From Camelus ferus (taxonomy: Eukaryota), in the NCBI RefSeq assembly GCF_009834535.1, contig NC_045697.1:9302001-9366000 (forward strand): a stretch of DNA of 64,000 bases. Direction: 5' to 3'. The position numbers were made by a program, and so were the translations under genes. Of this stretch, positions 24,809 to 38,346 are shown one piece after another. How positions within the stretch are numbered: the stretch's first letter is position 1; each line of letters opens with the position of its first letter. Below the pieces are notes generated by a model. That model did not search any database, was not told the DNA's origin, and worked only from the letters and a program-made list of their open reading frames with translations.

Positions 24809-26289
24809 AATGAAAGTGAAGATGGTCCATGTTGCTGTCTTAGCACATGCAAGAAGGTGAGAAGACACAAACGTGAAAGCCTTCAGGAAGAGTATAAACC
24901 CAGAGGTGCACTGAGGCATTCAGCATCCTACAAATTTATAGACACTGACTGCTGAGGGAGGGACAGTGGGCTTCCCACACGTCATGAGATGGAGTTTCCG
25001 AGGCCAGTCTTTTTTTAAGATCATAATGGGCTAGGTCACTCCAGTGGAGACTAGGTGATTTTCAAAGGTAAAATGTTACCTGACATGAAGAAAAAAATTG
25101 GTTAAATGACCCAAAAATTGTATTATTAAAATAAATTATGACCTATTTATAAGATGGAATGCCTTTAAAAATAAAGGAAGATCATGATTGTGGCCTTCCT
25201 CCAAGTTGCTTTATCTCATGGTCAAGCAGGAGTGACAGCCAGCAGTGTCAGGGGACCACGCTCAGTCCTGGTTGGCTGCCCCATGTGGACTCCTTGCCTC
25301 ATTGCATCAGCACATCTGTCAGCTCACCAGAAGCCTTATGCCTGGTGGTGGTGAGCACACCTCCATTGTTGTCCTTGAGCCTGCGGGCCAGGTGGGGAGG
25401 GCCCTGAACTGAGCAAATGTGTGAATACTGAGCTAGAACAGTGTATGCAGCCCCTACTATATAGATGTAGGAATAATTTATCAACTTATTAAAAATAATT
25501 CCTTTTGGTTGTGAGCTTTGAAAGGACTTTATTTTTTTTTTTCTTTTGGCCATTTAGTCCTTCTATAATAATTATTTACTTCTGCATCTTAGGAAATATC
25601 AGGATATGTATTTCTAGTGTCGTTTGGGGGTTCTGATGTATTACTGGGTGACCATTGGACTCTGCCAGAAATTGGGAGCATGGTGAGGTGGCGGAGTGAC
25701 ATCAGTGTAGGTATCCTCACTGCCTGCCTGTCACTGTTGACATTTGTCAAACAGAGGCAAGTATCCAAACACTGTTATTCCGACACAGACAAATCTGCTG
25801 CCAAAAAATCACGTTGCATTTCCAATTCTGCAAAGAGAAAAGAAATTTTATGCTGAAATGTTCAGGCTAAGCATACCAAAGGAAGCCCAGAAAATGAATC
25901 ATGAGCCATTCCCCATGATACAATACAGCATGAATCTCCAGAAATATACAGACTTCAGCATTACTTGTGAGTTATATGGTCTCTTGCAACTCACAGAAAT
26001 ACATCGTTTCATTCTAATATCTTTATTGTCACACTCTCTCTTTCATTTGGCTGGCCACTTCAGCTATAAATATGACAGTCAATACATTTCTAAAGATTAT
26101 ACAGCTTTCCAAGATTTGTTTTGAACACACCTTCACTGTTCTTTATCCCCTCTTCAGGTAGAGTCAAAGAATCTGTCATGTACACTGCAGGATTCAAATA
26201 AAGCAAATAACTGAGAATTCACTAACCCACCCACCAATCCACCCATTCATCCATTAAAAATACTTCTGAATATATATACTGCTTCTTTA

Positions 26290-26356
26290 ATTTTCTTTTT
26301 TTATTAAAGTATAATCAGTTTACAATGTTGTGTCAATTCCTGGTGTACAGCATAAT
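26290..26356 (-). mobile_element. Short lineage-specific L1 3' tail
   Basis: TTATTAAAGTATAATCAGTTTACAATGTTGTGTCAATTCCTGGTGTACAGCATAAT is antisense to the tails at 30231 and 42578. Confidence 0.75.
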
Positions 26357-27724
26357 CGTTAATGTGGCCTAAGGACCTTTAGGTAGACCTTCTAAAACTG
26401 TGGCTTATATATCCATATAACTTAGAAGTGAGAACTCTTGTCAAATGATGTTAGGATGATTAAATCAAGTCATGTATACCAAGTGCTTCACATCATTTCT
26501 TTTTCCTGCCTGGTTGGTGGAGAGACTATAGAAGCTTTAATTTGGTTGCCAATTATTGAGATTTATACAGGGCTCCAATGTAATGTTTCTATCACATGTA
26601 GCATACCTGAAGGAAATTTTGATTTTTTAGGCAAGTCCTGAGTAGAATGCCCTAAAGCTTCAGGCAAATCCAAATGTCATGTTCCTGCAGCTCACTTGGT
26701 TGTATTGAGAATATTCTTTTCACATATACTGCCCTGAATTTATGAAGTTATGTTCAATTATTTCAAATCTCTGCAGCCTTTCCCATCTCACAGAGGTGAA
26801 TCAGTCCCACCCAACCCCCAAAACAGATGCATCCAGTACTTCCTTTATCTTCTACTGGGTATTTGGCTGCAAATAGTAGCCCCACAAATTACATGGGATT
26901 TCTTCATACTATATACATCCCAGCATGTATTAAACTGTAGGAAATTTAGAAAAAATACTTCCATTGTTAAAGTGTTCTTAGGAGAAGCCTTGTCTCCTGT
27001 TACCCAAAGGAACTTGAACCCCTACAGCTGTTTTAGGTACCTCATGAACCCCTCTTCTCACTACCTGAGTTCTGCTGTTTATGCTGTTGATTGGATGATT
27101 CCCAGCCAATAAGCCAAAGTAAATAACCACTAAGTCTACCCATGAATGTCAGAGGGCAAGAGGAACCATTCTGAGGCTTGGTGACCAGTGTTGAACTTCC
27201 ATGAAAACCATCAGGAGACTCATGACTATGATTTTACTGGGCTTTGAACTTCCCAAATGTTCAGTGATTGCTAGCTTTGACTGCATAACCTAGAGACTGC
27301 ATTCTGCATGTCTGGATCTATTTGTGGTGCCAAGTGTAGGAAGGCCTTGCCCTCTTCCTGTTCTGAGGCTGCTGGGCACAGACACTGCCCTGCTGTATTG
27401 AGGCACTCTGAATTCACGACAGTAAGAGACACCCTTACCACTCACACTTTCTACTACCTTTTTATTAACAAAAGGCATTGAGTTGGTTAAGGTTATAAAT
27501 GGCTTTATATTTATACCAAATAATGATTTTTTTTGCTGTTATTGTTTTCTGTTGAATGTATTCTTTTATTTTTTCCAATATTCAATGAACTGACAGAAAA
27601 AAAGCAATTAGAATATATATTCACCATCTGTATCACCATTTCTGCTTTTTCCCCTAAAATAACTATTTTTCCTATTCATAATTTGTGATTTATGTTCATT
27701 ATTAGCATCTATCCTGATAGTGAA

Positions 27725-28144
27725 TGTGATGGTTAATTTTATGTGTCAGCTTGGCTGAGCCATGGTGCACAGACGTGTGATCAAACAGTATCATGAACGC
27801 TTCTGTGAGGGTGTTTTTGAATGAGATTAACATTTAAATCAGCAGACATTGAGCAAAGCAGATTGCCCTCCATAATTTGGGTGGGCCTCATCTAATTAGT
27901 TGAAGGCCTGAATAGAACAGACTTACCTCCCCAGAACAAGAGGGAATTTTGCCAGCAGAAGCCTTCAGACTTAAACTGCAGCCATAGCTTTGTTCTGGGT
28001 TTCTACCTTGCTGGTCCACCCTACAGATTTTGGACTTTCCAGCCTCAAGAATCATGTGAGTCATCTTAAGATAAATCTCTTTCCATATATATATATATAC
28101 ACATACAGTCTATTGTTTCTGCTTCAGTGAGGAATCCTAATGCA
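27725..28144 (+). mobile_element. MLT2 (ERVL) solo LTR
   Basis: Starts TGTGATGGTTAATTTTATGTGTCA, ends ...AATGCA; perfect 5-bp TSD GTGAA at 27720-27724 and 28145-28149. Confidence 0.9.
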
Positions 28145-28249
28145 GTGAATTGATCCAATCAAAGGCAGAACATTATGTAGATTTATAGAATCAGGATGCT
28201 GGAATGGCCGTTCATCTGGACCATTCTTCTGTCTCCAAAGAGTGTTGAA

Positions 28250-28800
28250 CACAGGAAAATTCATTTCAGAACCAAAGAGGTAGGATTTGAATTTTGCCAC
28301 AAACTGTGACCTTGAGCAGACTAGTCTCTCTGAGACTCAGTCTCCATATCTGTAAAATGGAGATGTTAACAGTTCTCACAACATAGGTTGAGTTAAAGAT
28401 TAAATAAGTTGGTAAATGGAACGACCCATGTAACAGAACCTAGCACTTATTAAGCACTCAGCAAATGTGAGCTGTGTAAGTAAGATTATTGTAAGGAATA
28501 GAAAGAATCTCCCATCCACTGAAAGCTTGCGGGATGCCTGGCACAGTGTTAAGTGCTATATATCTATTCATTCATATAATCTGTTTCCTATTTTATTGGT
28601 GACATTTAGAGAGTTGAAATCACCTGCCCTTGATTGTACAGTGAATAAGGGACAGAGCTCAATGTCAGACCAGGTCCATCTTCCTCCAGAGACTGCATCC
28701 TTGTTTGCCACATAACCCAAACTAACACATGCAAAATGCTTAGCCCAATGCCTAGTACAAAGTAAGTATTCAATAAATGCTCACTAGAATTGTCATTATA
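28250..28800. mobile_element. MIR cluster
   Basis: TGTGACCTTGAGCAG...CTCAGTCTCCATATCTGTAAAATGGAG on +, then an antisense MIR and a tail fragment GTAAGTATTCAATAAATG. Confidence 0.75.
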
Positions 28801-29359
28801 TTTATTAGCCTAGAATTTCTTTTCTTGTTTCCCGAGAAAAAGAGTCACTGAATTATAGTAAACTATTTATTTGTGAATCTAAAGGGGAATCACACTTCCT
28901 GAGACCAAATAAGGCTACGTTGTTTGAACAAGATTTGTTATTGTCATTATTATCATTATTGTTGTTGTCAAATGCAAGTTTTATATAAGAAATATTTTAC
29001 CAAGTTATAAAAATAAAATTACATGATTGTTAGGGGACAACAACAAAGAGAAGTATTAAATTCAGCAAAAATAGATAATTTTAATATAATATGTGCAATA
29101 GGCTTTATTGTAACAAATATCTGGAGCACAATTAGGGAATAACAAAGGCAAATGTACTCAGTGTAAATCAGAAAATATTTAATCATTGACTCTATAAGGA
29201 CTCTGGCCTCGGTAGAATAAGGGATGCAGGTGTAACTAAGACAATGTCCTTCACCTTAAGGAACTGTTTATAAGCTAACTGAAACTTTGGGCAGGAGAAG
29301 ACCTGTAATTTCATTCGTTCAATAAACAGTTCCCTGCCAAATTCAGGACTAAAGCTTCA

Positions 29360-29916
29360 ATAACAGTTTTAAACATGTCATTGACACACTTCTTATAAAA
29401 GGGAGGGCTATGTGTTCTTCTCTTTTTCACTGGGCCGACTTTAGTGACTAACATGTAGCCAACAGAATGCAGGAGAAGTGATGCTGTGCAATGTCCAAGG
29501 ACGGATCATGAAATGTAATACAGCTCTGTCTGGTACACACAGACATTTGGTTTTGGCTCCCAAAGCCACCATGTAAGGAGTCTCATTATTGTGAGACTGC
29601 CATGCTGTGAGGAAGCCCAAACCACATGGAGAGACTGAGTGTGTAGTGCTCCTGTCTCAGCCCCAGCTGAGATCTCAGCCAACACAAGACCCATGAATAA
29701 AGACACCTTCAGAAGATTCCAGCCCCAGTCACTGAGTCATCCCCAGAGGCTCAACCTTTCAGCTGGAGCCTGAGTTATTACTGAGCAGAGACCAGCCATC
29801 CCTTCTATGCCTTGTCCATATTCCGAACCTTTGGGATCAGAGAACATATTAAAATGGTGTTATAAGCGGCTAAGTTTTGGGGTAATTTGTTACACATCAG
29901 GAAGTAACAGGAAAAC
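29360..29916 (+). mobile_element. MLT1F/G/H-like MaLR solo LTR
   Basis: AACAGAATGCAGGAGAAGTGATGCTGTG, GCCATGCTGTGAGGAAGCCCAAACCACATGGAGAG; 3' end CTAAGTTTTGGGGTAATTTGTTAC. Confidence 0.8.
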
Positions 29917-30230
29917 CACCCTTCTCATCATGTGGTCTAAAAGACTTCTCTGCAGAAGTCCGTACAGTAAAGTGGAAAAACACCCTGGGCCAACACAATC
30001 AAAGGCCATTGGTTTGATCTTTTCAGGTCTGACACTAAATTTCTGTTATTTTGAGCATTTCAAAGGCATTCTCAAATAAATGTCTCCGTTTGAGTGGTTT
30101 TAAAATATTTTTAAAGATTTTGATTCATGTTTTTCATAATTCCACACCTACTGTCCACAGTGCACTGCCCTAGGCTCTTACACACATGGCCTCTGTTCTT
30201 ACAGAATGCTTGTGAGATGGCTGTGATTGT

Positions 30231-30447
30231 TCAAATGTTAGCCACTGTATATAAAAATAGGTTTTAAATTTTTCTTCTGTATAGCACAGGGAACAATGTT
30301 CAATACCTTATAATAACCTTTAATGAGAAAAATTCATGAAAATGAATATATGCATGTATATGCATGTATATGCATGATGGGGACATTGTGCTGTACACCA
30401 GAAATTGACACATTGTAATTGGCTGCACTTCAATTAAAAAAAAAAGA
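30231..30447 (+). mobile_element. Young lineage-specific L1 3' end with poly-A
   Basis: CTGTATAGCACAGGGAAC...GGGACATTGTGCTGTACACCAGAAATTGACACATTGTAA...CAATTAAAAAAAAAA; closely similar to 42800-43040. Confidence 0.9.
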
Positions 30448-30479
30448 AATGATGGAGAAACGGAACCATCAGCAGTCAA

Positions 30480-30670
30480 TAGCTATTCTTTATTGAGGGC
30501 TTACTACACGTCAAACACTTTCTAACACTTTATGTGTAGTATCTCAGTTCATCTTCATAACAACTCTGAGATAGCTGCTACGATGATCTCCATTGTATAG
30601 CTGAGGATAACAAAGCACAGAAAAGCTCTGTGACTCGGCCAAGTCTACCCAGCGAACAGGCTGGTGGTCC
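30480..30670 (-). mobile_element. MIR (split by the MLT1A insertion, resumes ~31021-31060)
   Basis: TATTGAGGGCTTACTAC...CATAACAACTCTGAGATAG...CTCCATTGTATAGCTGAGGA. Confidence 0.75.
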
Positions 30671-30671
30671 G

Positions 30672-31020
30672 TGTCTTAGTCAGCTCAAGATTCTGTAAGA
30701 AAATACCACAGACTGGTGGCTTACACAACAGACATTTATTTCTCACCGTTCTGGAGGCTGGGAAGTCCAAGATCAAGGTGCCAGACAATGTGGTTCCCGC
30801 TGAGCGCCCTCTTCCTGGCTTGCAGACGGTCGTTTTCTCACTGTATCCTCAAAGGACAGAAAGAGAGAAATAGCTGTGCCCTCTCTTCCTCTTCTTATAA
30901 GGACATTAATCCCCTCATGACCTCATCCAATTACCTAATGGCCCCAGCCCCAATACTGTCTCACTGGGGGTTGGGGCTTCAACATATGAATTTAGGGAGA
31001 GACACAAACAGAGCTTAGCA
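30672..31020 (-). mobile_element. MLT1A-like MaLR solo LTR
   Basis: TGTCTTAGTCAGCTC...TTCTGGAGGCTGGGAAGTCCAAGATCAAGGTGCC...GGGCTTCAACATATGAATTT...TAGCA. Confidence 0.9.
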
Positions 31021-32779
31021 ATCTGCCATCCAAGGTCACACTCTTAACAACTGTGCTACCTTCATTAAAAACACACCACAGCACACATGGGAAATGTTTT
31101 TAAAAGAAATATTTAAAAATCACAACATTGTATATCCTCTCTGATTTAAAAAAAATAGTTAAAAGCATGCATAGGACAATGTAGAAAGAAGACAACAAAA
31201 AGTAACAGGAGTGGGAATAGCAGTGTATTCAGGCTTTTTTATAAGGGGTGTGGGTCTCTAGTCAAGATTTTCTGTAATATTATATTACCTCCATAGCATA
31301 ACAATATAGTTCAGTATAATAATTTTATAGGCCCTAGCACAGAAATTTCCACACAGATGACAAATATTTATTAATGAATAAATGAGAACATTGTGTTTCA
31401 GTGGAAGATTTTATACTTTGATCACATGTTTTGAGATGTGCTGCCTCCTTGAAAGGGAAGGAGGGCACACAACTCTCACACCTGGTAAACCAGATGGCTG
31501 CTGCAGCCAGTGGTGGTGGTGGTTTGTTTTGTTTTGTTTTGTTTTATTTTTAGATCACATTCTGGACAGTGATGGGGACAAAAGACAGAGCCAAGGTTCT
31601 TGATGGGTCAGTGCTTTTCTCTGATTCTTTCCACTTCTGGGACCCTGGAAAAAATAAAAGACAAGAGGGAATTCTGTAAACAGTAAAAGGCATATTCAGA
31701 TGATCAAGGCAGACTTCAGCACTCAGGCATTTGTAAAGCTGGAGAAATCAGAGAAGGGAGGCAGAGCAGCGTCGAGAGAGAGGTGAGGTGGGAGACACTC
31801 AGAAGGATCCCCCCCAGAACCCTGCAGCACCATCATCTCCCAGTACTAGGCTGAGGTACATTTTGAGATGTGGGAGCCTGGAGTGAAGACTGGGCTTGCT
31901 TGTTCCACGTTGCCCAGGACGGGCAGATAATCCAGGTCTGTGTGACTCCAGGTTCCTGCTCTGGCCTTTGCTGCACAGACATGCTCTCCAGACTAGGAGT
32001 CACAGCCTCTGAATTCTACACCTCATCCTAATACGAGTTAGAGATAAGAAGTGTTGGGCAAGAGATTTTACTTTTTGATGCTAAAAGGATATCAGGTACT
32101 CGCTAGAAAGAATGAGTTCTCCGCCAGAGAGTGTTTCTGAAAATTAAACAGGATGATGTCTTGGGGTGAAAATAAAAACTTTGAAAAAAAAAGTGTACTT
32201 TTCTTAACCTTCTAGCACCTCTGACCTGACCTGAACTTAAAGGGAATTCACAGCCTCTGGGTCTGACATGTAGTGGAAATTTTCATGGGTTTCATTGCAT
32301 AAATATTAATGTTTATTTATGTGGTGCTGCTCCTGGCTCTGCTGGGAGAGCTGCTTAATATCAGAGACGATAAAATTTGGAAAAGCCCTGATGCATATTA
32401 GGCTCCTCCAGTGTCAGATAAGGGATTCTGGACATCTATTGCGTTCATGAATACACCACCTCTTTCTTTCTTATGGCTATGATGCACATGTGGTCAGGTT
32501 TTAATCTTTATTTTCAAAACCGTATTTGAATATAATGTTAAACAGTGAATACTGTGTGCTCATAATCCAAAGAATATTCTTCCCCACAAAGGGCAGAGAT
32601 GGGAGAGAAGGGCAATTAACTAACTATTCAAATAGGTGGCTTGAAAGATGGTTTTCAGTAGTTCTATGTGATTACAGCTATCTTCAGTTCAATTGGGTAT
32701 AAGAAGGTATGGAATAAAAGATTCTGGAGCTAAAAAAACACAACAGAAACATAACAGGGGTTTGAAGAAGGGCATCTAA

Positions 32780-32975
32780 CAGTGAGAGAAGAGCCCAGAC
32801 TCTGGCATCAGACAGATTAGGGTTCAAAACCTTGTTCTGCCTGCACTTTGTTCTTGGGCAAAAATCAATTCAGCATCTCTAAATTTGTTTCCTTTGCTGT
32901 TAAATGGTGGTAGCAATATATCTGTCTTAAGGATTAAATAGAATAAATGCATTTTAGCACAGTGTCTGGCATTTT
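32780..32975 (+). mobile_element. MIR
   Basis: AAGAGCCCAGACTCTGGCATCAGACAGATTAGGGTTCAAA...TTAGCACAGTGTCTGGCA. Confidence 0.75.
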
Positions 32976-34379
32976 AACTACATGCAAAAATAGACATCGT
33001 TTTAATTAAATTCACATGTTAATATAATGTGTACCGTGAAGTCTTGCTGCCACAAGCTGTTTGTGGCAAACTTGACCCTCAATAATGAAGTCTATTTCCA
33101 TTTCTTGTTTACTTAGTTACTCACAGTGGCTGGAAATTTGACAGCACTGATTTTTCCAACTTCTCAGACTGTAGGTTCAGGGCTGCTAGTTTATTTTCCA
33201 ATATTTTGCCAAACACCAAGCATCACTGAAGAGTCTTCCCCAAAGACCCGTGAGTGGTCTGCCCCTGGTATAATGAGTCAAGGTTTAGGTTCTGGGCCAG
33301 ATAACTTAGGAAGAAGAGATTACCACTGCTCTTCAAGGAAATATCATTTGGAACAAGACTCTGAATCCAGGAAAGCATTTAATACCCCAGAGCTCACAGC
33401 AGCTGAGCTCAAACATCAGGCTGTGTTTAGAAGGCCCTCCCTTCTCCTTTTTTTAATGGGCCCTTATTACAGAAGCAGAAGGCTATTAACCCAGGACCCA
33501 GAGCCTGCTACCGTAAATTCACCATGAAATCCCGTTGACATTGGTTGACTGTCAGGAACATAAAACTGTCAGTAGCCACATTTTCAATTAGAAGGGACAA
33601 TTACTCTGTGCATGTCAGTACATGCACACCCTAGCTCATGTGTGGGGATCATCCCAGTCTCAGGCTTGTATGGGAATAGTGGTGACCTGTCTTCACACAA
33701 TGAGTCAGGGGTGAGCTTTGGTTTTGTATGAGTAATAATAATGTTCTGGGCTTTCCTTCTCTGTAGCACATCAGAGTGCATTGAAATTATCATTTTATTA
33801 TCAGTCTTCATCACTGGCCATTTAATGGACAGACCCATGTCTATGACTTGTTTTAATCTTCAGACTCTAGAAGAGCACCTTCTATGTAGACAGTGTTCTG
33901 TAAATATTTCAATATCAGCACATGACCTCAGTACTTAAGACAACTAAGCTGAGTGCGCTTCTATGCCCACACCACTTTCAGTCCCTGGGAACCTTACCTG
34001 CCCGGCAGCTCTTTCAAAACAGGTGCACTGAGCCTCATTCTCCTGGTGCCCAAAGCCAAATTACTGGCTGAAGCAGACATCAGACTTCAAGGTCAGTTCT
34101 TACCAACTTGCTAAAGCCTGCTCTCTGCCAGTCTGAATCCCTCCCCACTGCAGGCTGTCAAACCTCCAGCACATTATCCTCCTTACACAGATAGATGTGT
34201 CCTGCCAAGAACCCTACACAAAATGTTGATTTCCCAAACATCAGGTGAAAGTCCTCTTTCCTAGCACTTGAAACCCATTATCACATCCCTTCCAACCAGT
34301 TCCCAAGCGTTTTCTGGAACAGATGCATTCAGAAAGATAGGCTTGTAGCTTCACCAGGGCTGTGCTATTTACCAGATTA

Positions 34380-34870
34380 GGAGAGTTAGACAGGCTTTGT
34401 GTTTGACTGTGTGCTGTGCCACACCCTAACTATGCCACCTTGGAGAGACCAGGAAGCCTCAGTTTCTTCATCTCTAAAATAGGAATTAACAGTGGTACCT
34501 GCAGAGTTGTGGTGAGGGTTACATGATATACTGCATGCAAAGTGTCTCATGGATCATGATGTAAAATACATGCAAGTTCTCTTCCTACAAGCACCTGCTC
34601 TCACATATTAGTTATTCAATTCCACTTGATAATTTTTCTGTAATCTCTTACTATCCAAGTCCTACCATCCTTCTATAAAAGTCTAGACACTCAGGGGTTT
34701 GTAGTTTGCAAAGTGGTTTTCGCATACCTGGTGCTATTTGATCTGTACCCACACAATGAGGTAGGTGACAGAGACATTGCCTCCTCCACCTCACAGAAAT
34801 GAGGACGGTGAGCCTGGGAAAAATAAGGGACTTTGCAGAGTAATAAACCTGAAGCTTTAGCACTAAATGC
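34380..34870. mobile_element. Two MIR fragments
   Basis: GCCTCAGTTTCTTCATCTCTAAAATAGG...GTTGTGGTGAGGGTTACATGA on +; ACAATGAGGTAGG...ACAGAAATGAGGA on -. Confidence 0.6.
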
Positions 34871-36095
34871 AAAATCGAATCTTTATCAATCAAAATTTCT
34901 TATTTCTCAAGGCTCAGTTCCTTAGAACAAGGGTCCTGTTTGGACACACTCACTTGCTCTCTTTGCTATCTTTTCACATCTCTTTGCAAGGATGCGTCTC
35001 CTTATGACTCCGACTCTTCACCTGCATCCACATTTCCATAGAAATGGACTCTCTCAGACCTGTTCAATATCTTTTACGGTGAGGTTCAGTGGTATTAACT
35101 TCCAGTCCTCACCGATTTGGATTTTTATAGGAGACATCAGAAGACCTGTAATGTCAATCCCCAAATGTCAGACTGTAATCTTCTGTGGTGTCATGGAAAT
35201 GGAAGATTTTAGAGACAGAGTGAGGCTGTCAAAGAAAAGCACCCACTTTACTCCCTAGTCAAGGTTTCCTTTCTTCTACAGTTACGTTAACCACATTGAT
35301 TAATTCCTGCGGTAGAGAACTAAGCATTCTGAGTAGTTCAATGTTTTGAGAAAACATCCCCAATGTGCGCATGCTTATTTGTTTGGAAATTGTGCATATG
35401 TTCTAAAATACTACTGTATTCTGCATTCTACAAAAGTGGACTTTTAACGGAGGTGTTAAAGCTGACAGAATATGTTAAATGCCTTTCTAATTGTGATGAC
35501 ATTTTAGCAACCACATAAAACTCGGACATCTTACATAACTTTTCTGCATCTCATTGCTAAAGTGGGATTATATACATAGTAATTGTATATATTCATTTTA
35601 TAGGATATGTATGTAATTTATGGGATATCTATAACCCATGTACATAGATTTTTATGTGTAACACAACATATAGAATGATATATGTATAATAATGTGTCCA
35701 TCCCACTATTATTAACCTTGCATTTTACCTGCAAGATATTAGCTGATGCTGATGATAGTGAATTTGAATACGTTTCAAATGATCTTCCAGGGTTTATTTG
35801 ATTTTCTTTGTTTTTGTGTTTGTTTTGGTCTTTCTGTGTGCCAGAAATGTTTAGATTGGTATTATTTTAATTCATTAATGTAACCAACAAAGACGTTGGA
35901 GCAGAAGCAATATCAGTCCTGTCATTTTCCTGCTCACAGGTGCTTGTGTTACTGACATTATCTTCAACCAGTCATTTCTTGTAGAATCTGCCAAACCATG
36001 TGTTTACTCTCTGAGTGCTAGCATGGTTGACATGAGATCACACAACCTGTAAATATAATTAACCAGGAACACATAACATGAGTACATTATAATAC

Positions 36096-36524
36096 ACACC
36101 GGAGAGACTGCTGGTTGCCCTCCCTTGAGATCTGTGTTCTGTGAAAAATAGAAGTTTTAGCTCGGTGGGAAGATTATACATACTGGTCTCCTTTACAGCT
36201 AATTCAATCTTTTGAATAGGTTCTGGCTAATAGGATGAAAACAAGTTGATGAGTGCAACTTAAATAGGAAGGAATATGCTCTCTCCTCTTTCTCTCCACT
36301 TTCTGCAAAAGCGGAAGCAGCCGTCCTTGTTCCCAATAGGGGTGCTCAGTGTGGCAGTGCAACACTTTTGCAAGGTTGTGAGTGTTTCACACCACAGGGC
36401 TGCTATTTTAGCCCTGGAAAGCTCAGGCTCATGCTGTTAGGGAAGTTAGAAATAAACTTTTTTTTAAGTCATTGATATTTTGGTCTTTATTATAACAAGA
36501 AAACCAGCATCCTAACTAATAAGA
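36096..36524 (+). mobile_element. MLT1I/J-like MaLR LTR
   Basis: GTTCTGGCTAATAGGATG...AGAAATAAACTTT...AAGTCATTGATATTTTGGTC...CCTAACTAATA. Confidence 0.55.
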
Positions 36525-36654
36525 TATACTAAAATTGAGTAGATTAGTGTGGTGACCCTGTGTCCCCCTGTGTTGTGTAAGCCTCAGTTTCCCCCTACCT
36601 TTTTAACCACATCATTAATATTCATACAACTTACTTTCTTTTTGACTTTTTTAA

Positions 36655-36750
36655 AATTCTTATTTTTTATTGATGTGTAGTCGATTTACAATGTTAGTTT
36701 CATTCGTAGAGCAAAGCAATTAAGTTATACATATACATACATATATGTTT
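36655..36750 (-). mobile_element. Short lineage-specific L1 3' tail
   Basis: TTTTTTATTGATGTGTAGTCGATTTACAATGTTAGTTTC...AGCAAAGCAATTAAGTTATACATATAC. Confidence 0.7.
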
Positions 36751-37036
36751 TCTTCTTTTTTTCTCTTTGACTTTTTAAATTAAAAATATGAGAGGAATTC
36801 TGTTTTTTCTTCCTGTGCCTCAATTTACTGCTTTATTGGGTGTTGGCATTTCAGGAGACCTCTGATTACTTGTCTTAATAATCAGACAATTGTCTGGTGT
36901 GACACTTGTCTGTGGATTTTTTCATTTGTTTGTTTTTACCTTTTCACATTAAATGTATTTTTGGTCTTATCAACCTATGGTAACATCAGTCTTCTGAAGG
37001 CAAGGCTATTCTGTACGTATGACTGTTTCTATATAT

Positions 37037-37201
37037 CAGTGGATCCCAAAATATGTTCCTGGAATTAGCCTCTCCTAGGAATTTGTTAGAAATCCAAATT
37101 CTTGGCCTCTACCCTAGACTTGCCTAATCAGAAACTCCAGGGTGGACTCCAGAAATTGCCCTCCAGGCAATTCTGAGGCCACCTTAAGTATGAGAATCAT
37201 G
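37037..37201. mobile_element. MER5A-like hAT-Charlie MITE
   Basis: CAGTGGATCCCAAA...GGAATTTGTTAGAAATCCAAATTCTTGGCC...AATCAGAAACTC...CCCTCCAGGCAATTCTGA...TGAGAATCA. Confidence 0.8.
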
Positions 37202-37736
37202 ACAACTGTGCCAATCACTCTTAAACCTCAAAGGCTTAAGAAGGATCAGTGTTCTGAGCTATAGGTGGAGGTAGAGGGTGGAGGGTATAGGTAGGTGAAC
37301 TTAAGGGAAGCACTTTGGGGTACCCTTAAAGAAGGGGTTTTGAGATGATCCCCAGTGAAAGGCAGACTGTTTCCACCAAATGATTTAACAGTACTCCCTT
37401 GCCATGGAGTAGTTATTACCTGTCATGGCAGGTAACAGGGCAAAGTCCCTCCTGAAGGGAGTGTGAAGATGCTATTAGGGTGGCAGGGGGGGCGAGAGAT
37501 GGACTGCTTGCCTGGCCAGGGTTACTGTTGGGCTCCACAAGGAAGAAATCTGAGCGTATTTCTTCTCAAGAGAGCACACAGATGTGTAAGCATGATCAGA
37601 ACTGACTAAGCTAGTGGCTCCCCTGAAATGAAATATTGGCATGAGAGGACACCAATAAGTTTTACAGAAAAAAAAATCCAATGAGCACTACATTCAGAAA
37701 TGCTGACCTAAACAAAGCTCAATGCTTTCTCTACTG

Positions 37737-37886
37737 CAGTGCTTCTCAGAGGACTAACATGCTAGTGAACATTTTGAATCTCCAAGGAGTTACAGTAGGT
37801 AACATTGCCTAAATTATTTGGGCAACCTCACCCCAAGACAATTCATGGATCAAACAGCCTTTGAAGCACATTTTGAGAATAGTGCG
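37737..37886. mobile_element. Probable hAT-Charlie MITE (MER103-like)
   Basis: CAGTGCTTCTCA start and CACATTTTGAGAATAGTG end resemble Charlie-type TIRs. Confidence 0.4.
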
Positions 37887-38239
37887 TTAGGGATAAAATG
37901 TGTACAAATTCAATCTTATGAGCTTTGAAAAGAGGGAAAGAATTGAATGGAGTGAAGATTGAGCCCAAGAAAGAAGGTAGTTTCTGTAAATGCCAGTGTT
38001 CACAGTTTACCTTTGTGACTTGGTAAAGGTATAGTGCAGTTCATTCTCAAATTCTACGATGGGATTGCCTATCATTGGATTTTCATGATAGGTGCTTTAT
38101 AAATTGACTTCTATCAACTCGCGCCTCTTCCGATTTAGTTCATTGATTATCCTAGCACCAAAAGGCCCATGAAGTAGGCTGGTGGTGGTAGGTGAAATGT
38201 AGCATTAAAAATTCTTTTGAAATCAATAAAGTTTGAAAG

Positions 38240-38346
38240 AGATATGTACTATGACATTTTATATGAGACCTGGGCATTTGTGGATCTTTTTTTAATCCAT
38301 GGGGGTCCTGGAATCAATCCTCTGTAGATTCCAAGGGGAGAGACAG
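38240..38346. mobile_element. MER2/Tigger terminal fragment
   Basis: CATTTTATATGAGACCTGGGCATTTGTGGAT...ATCCATGGGGGTCCTGGAATCAATCCTCTGTAGATTCCAAGGG. Confidence 0.75.

Noticed and set aside
33047..33068. 8-bp hairpin TGCCACAA-N5-TTGTGGCA
   Set aside because: Short enough to be expected by chance in 64 kb
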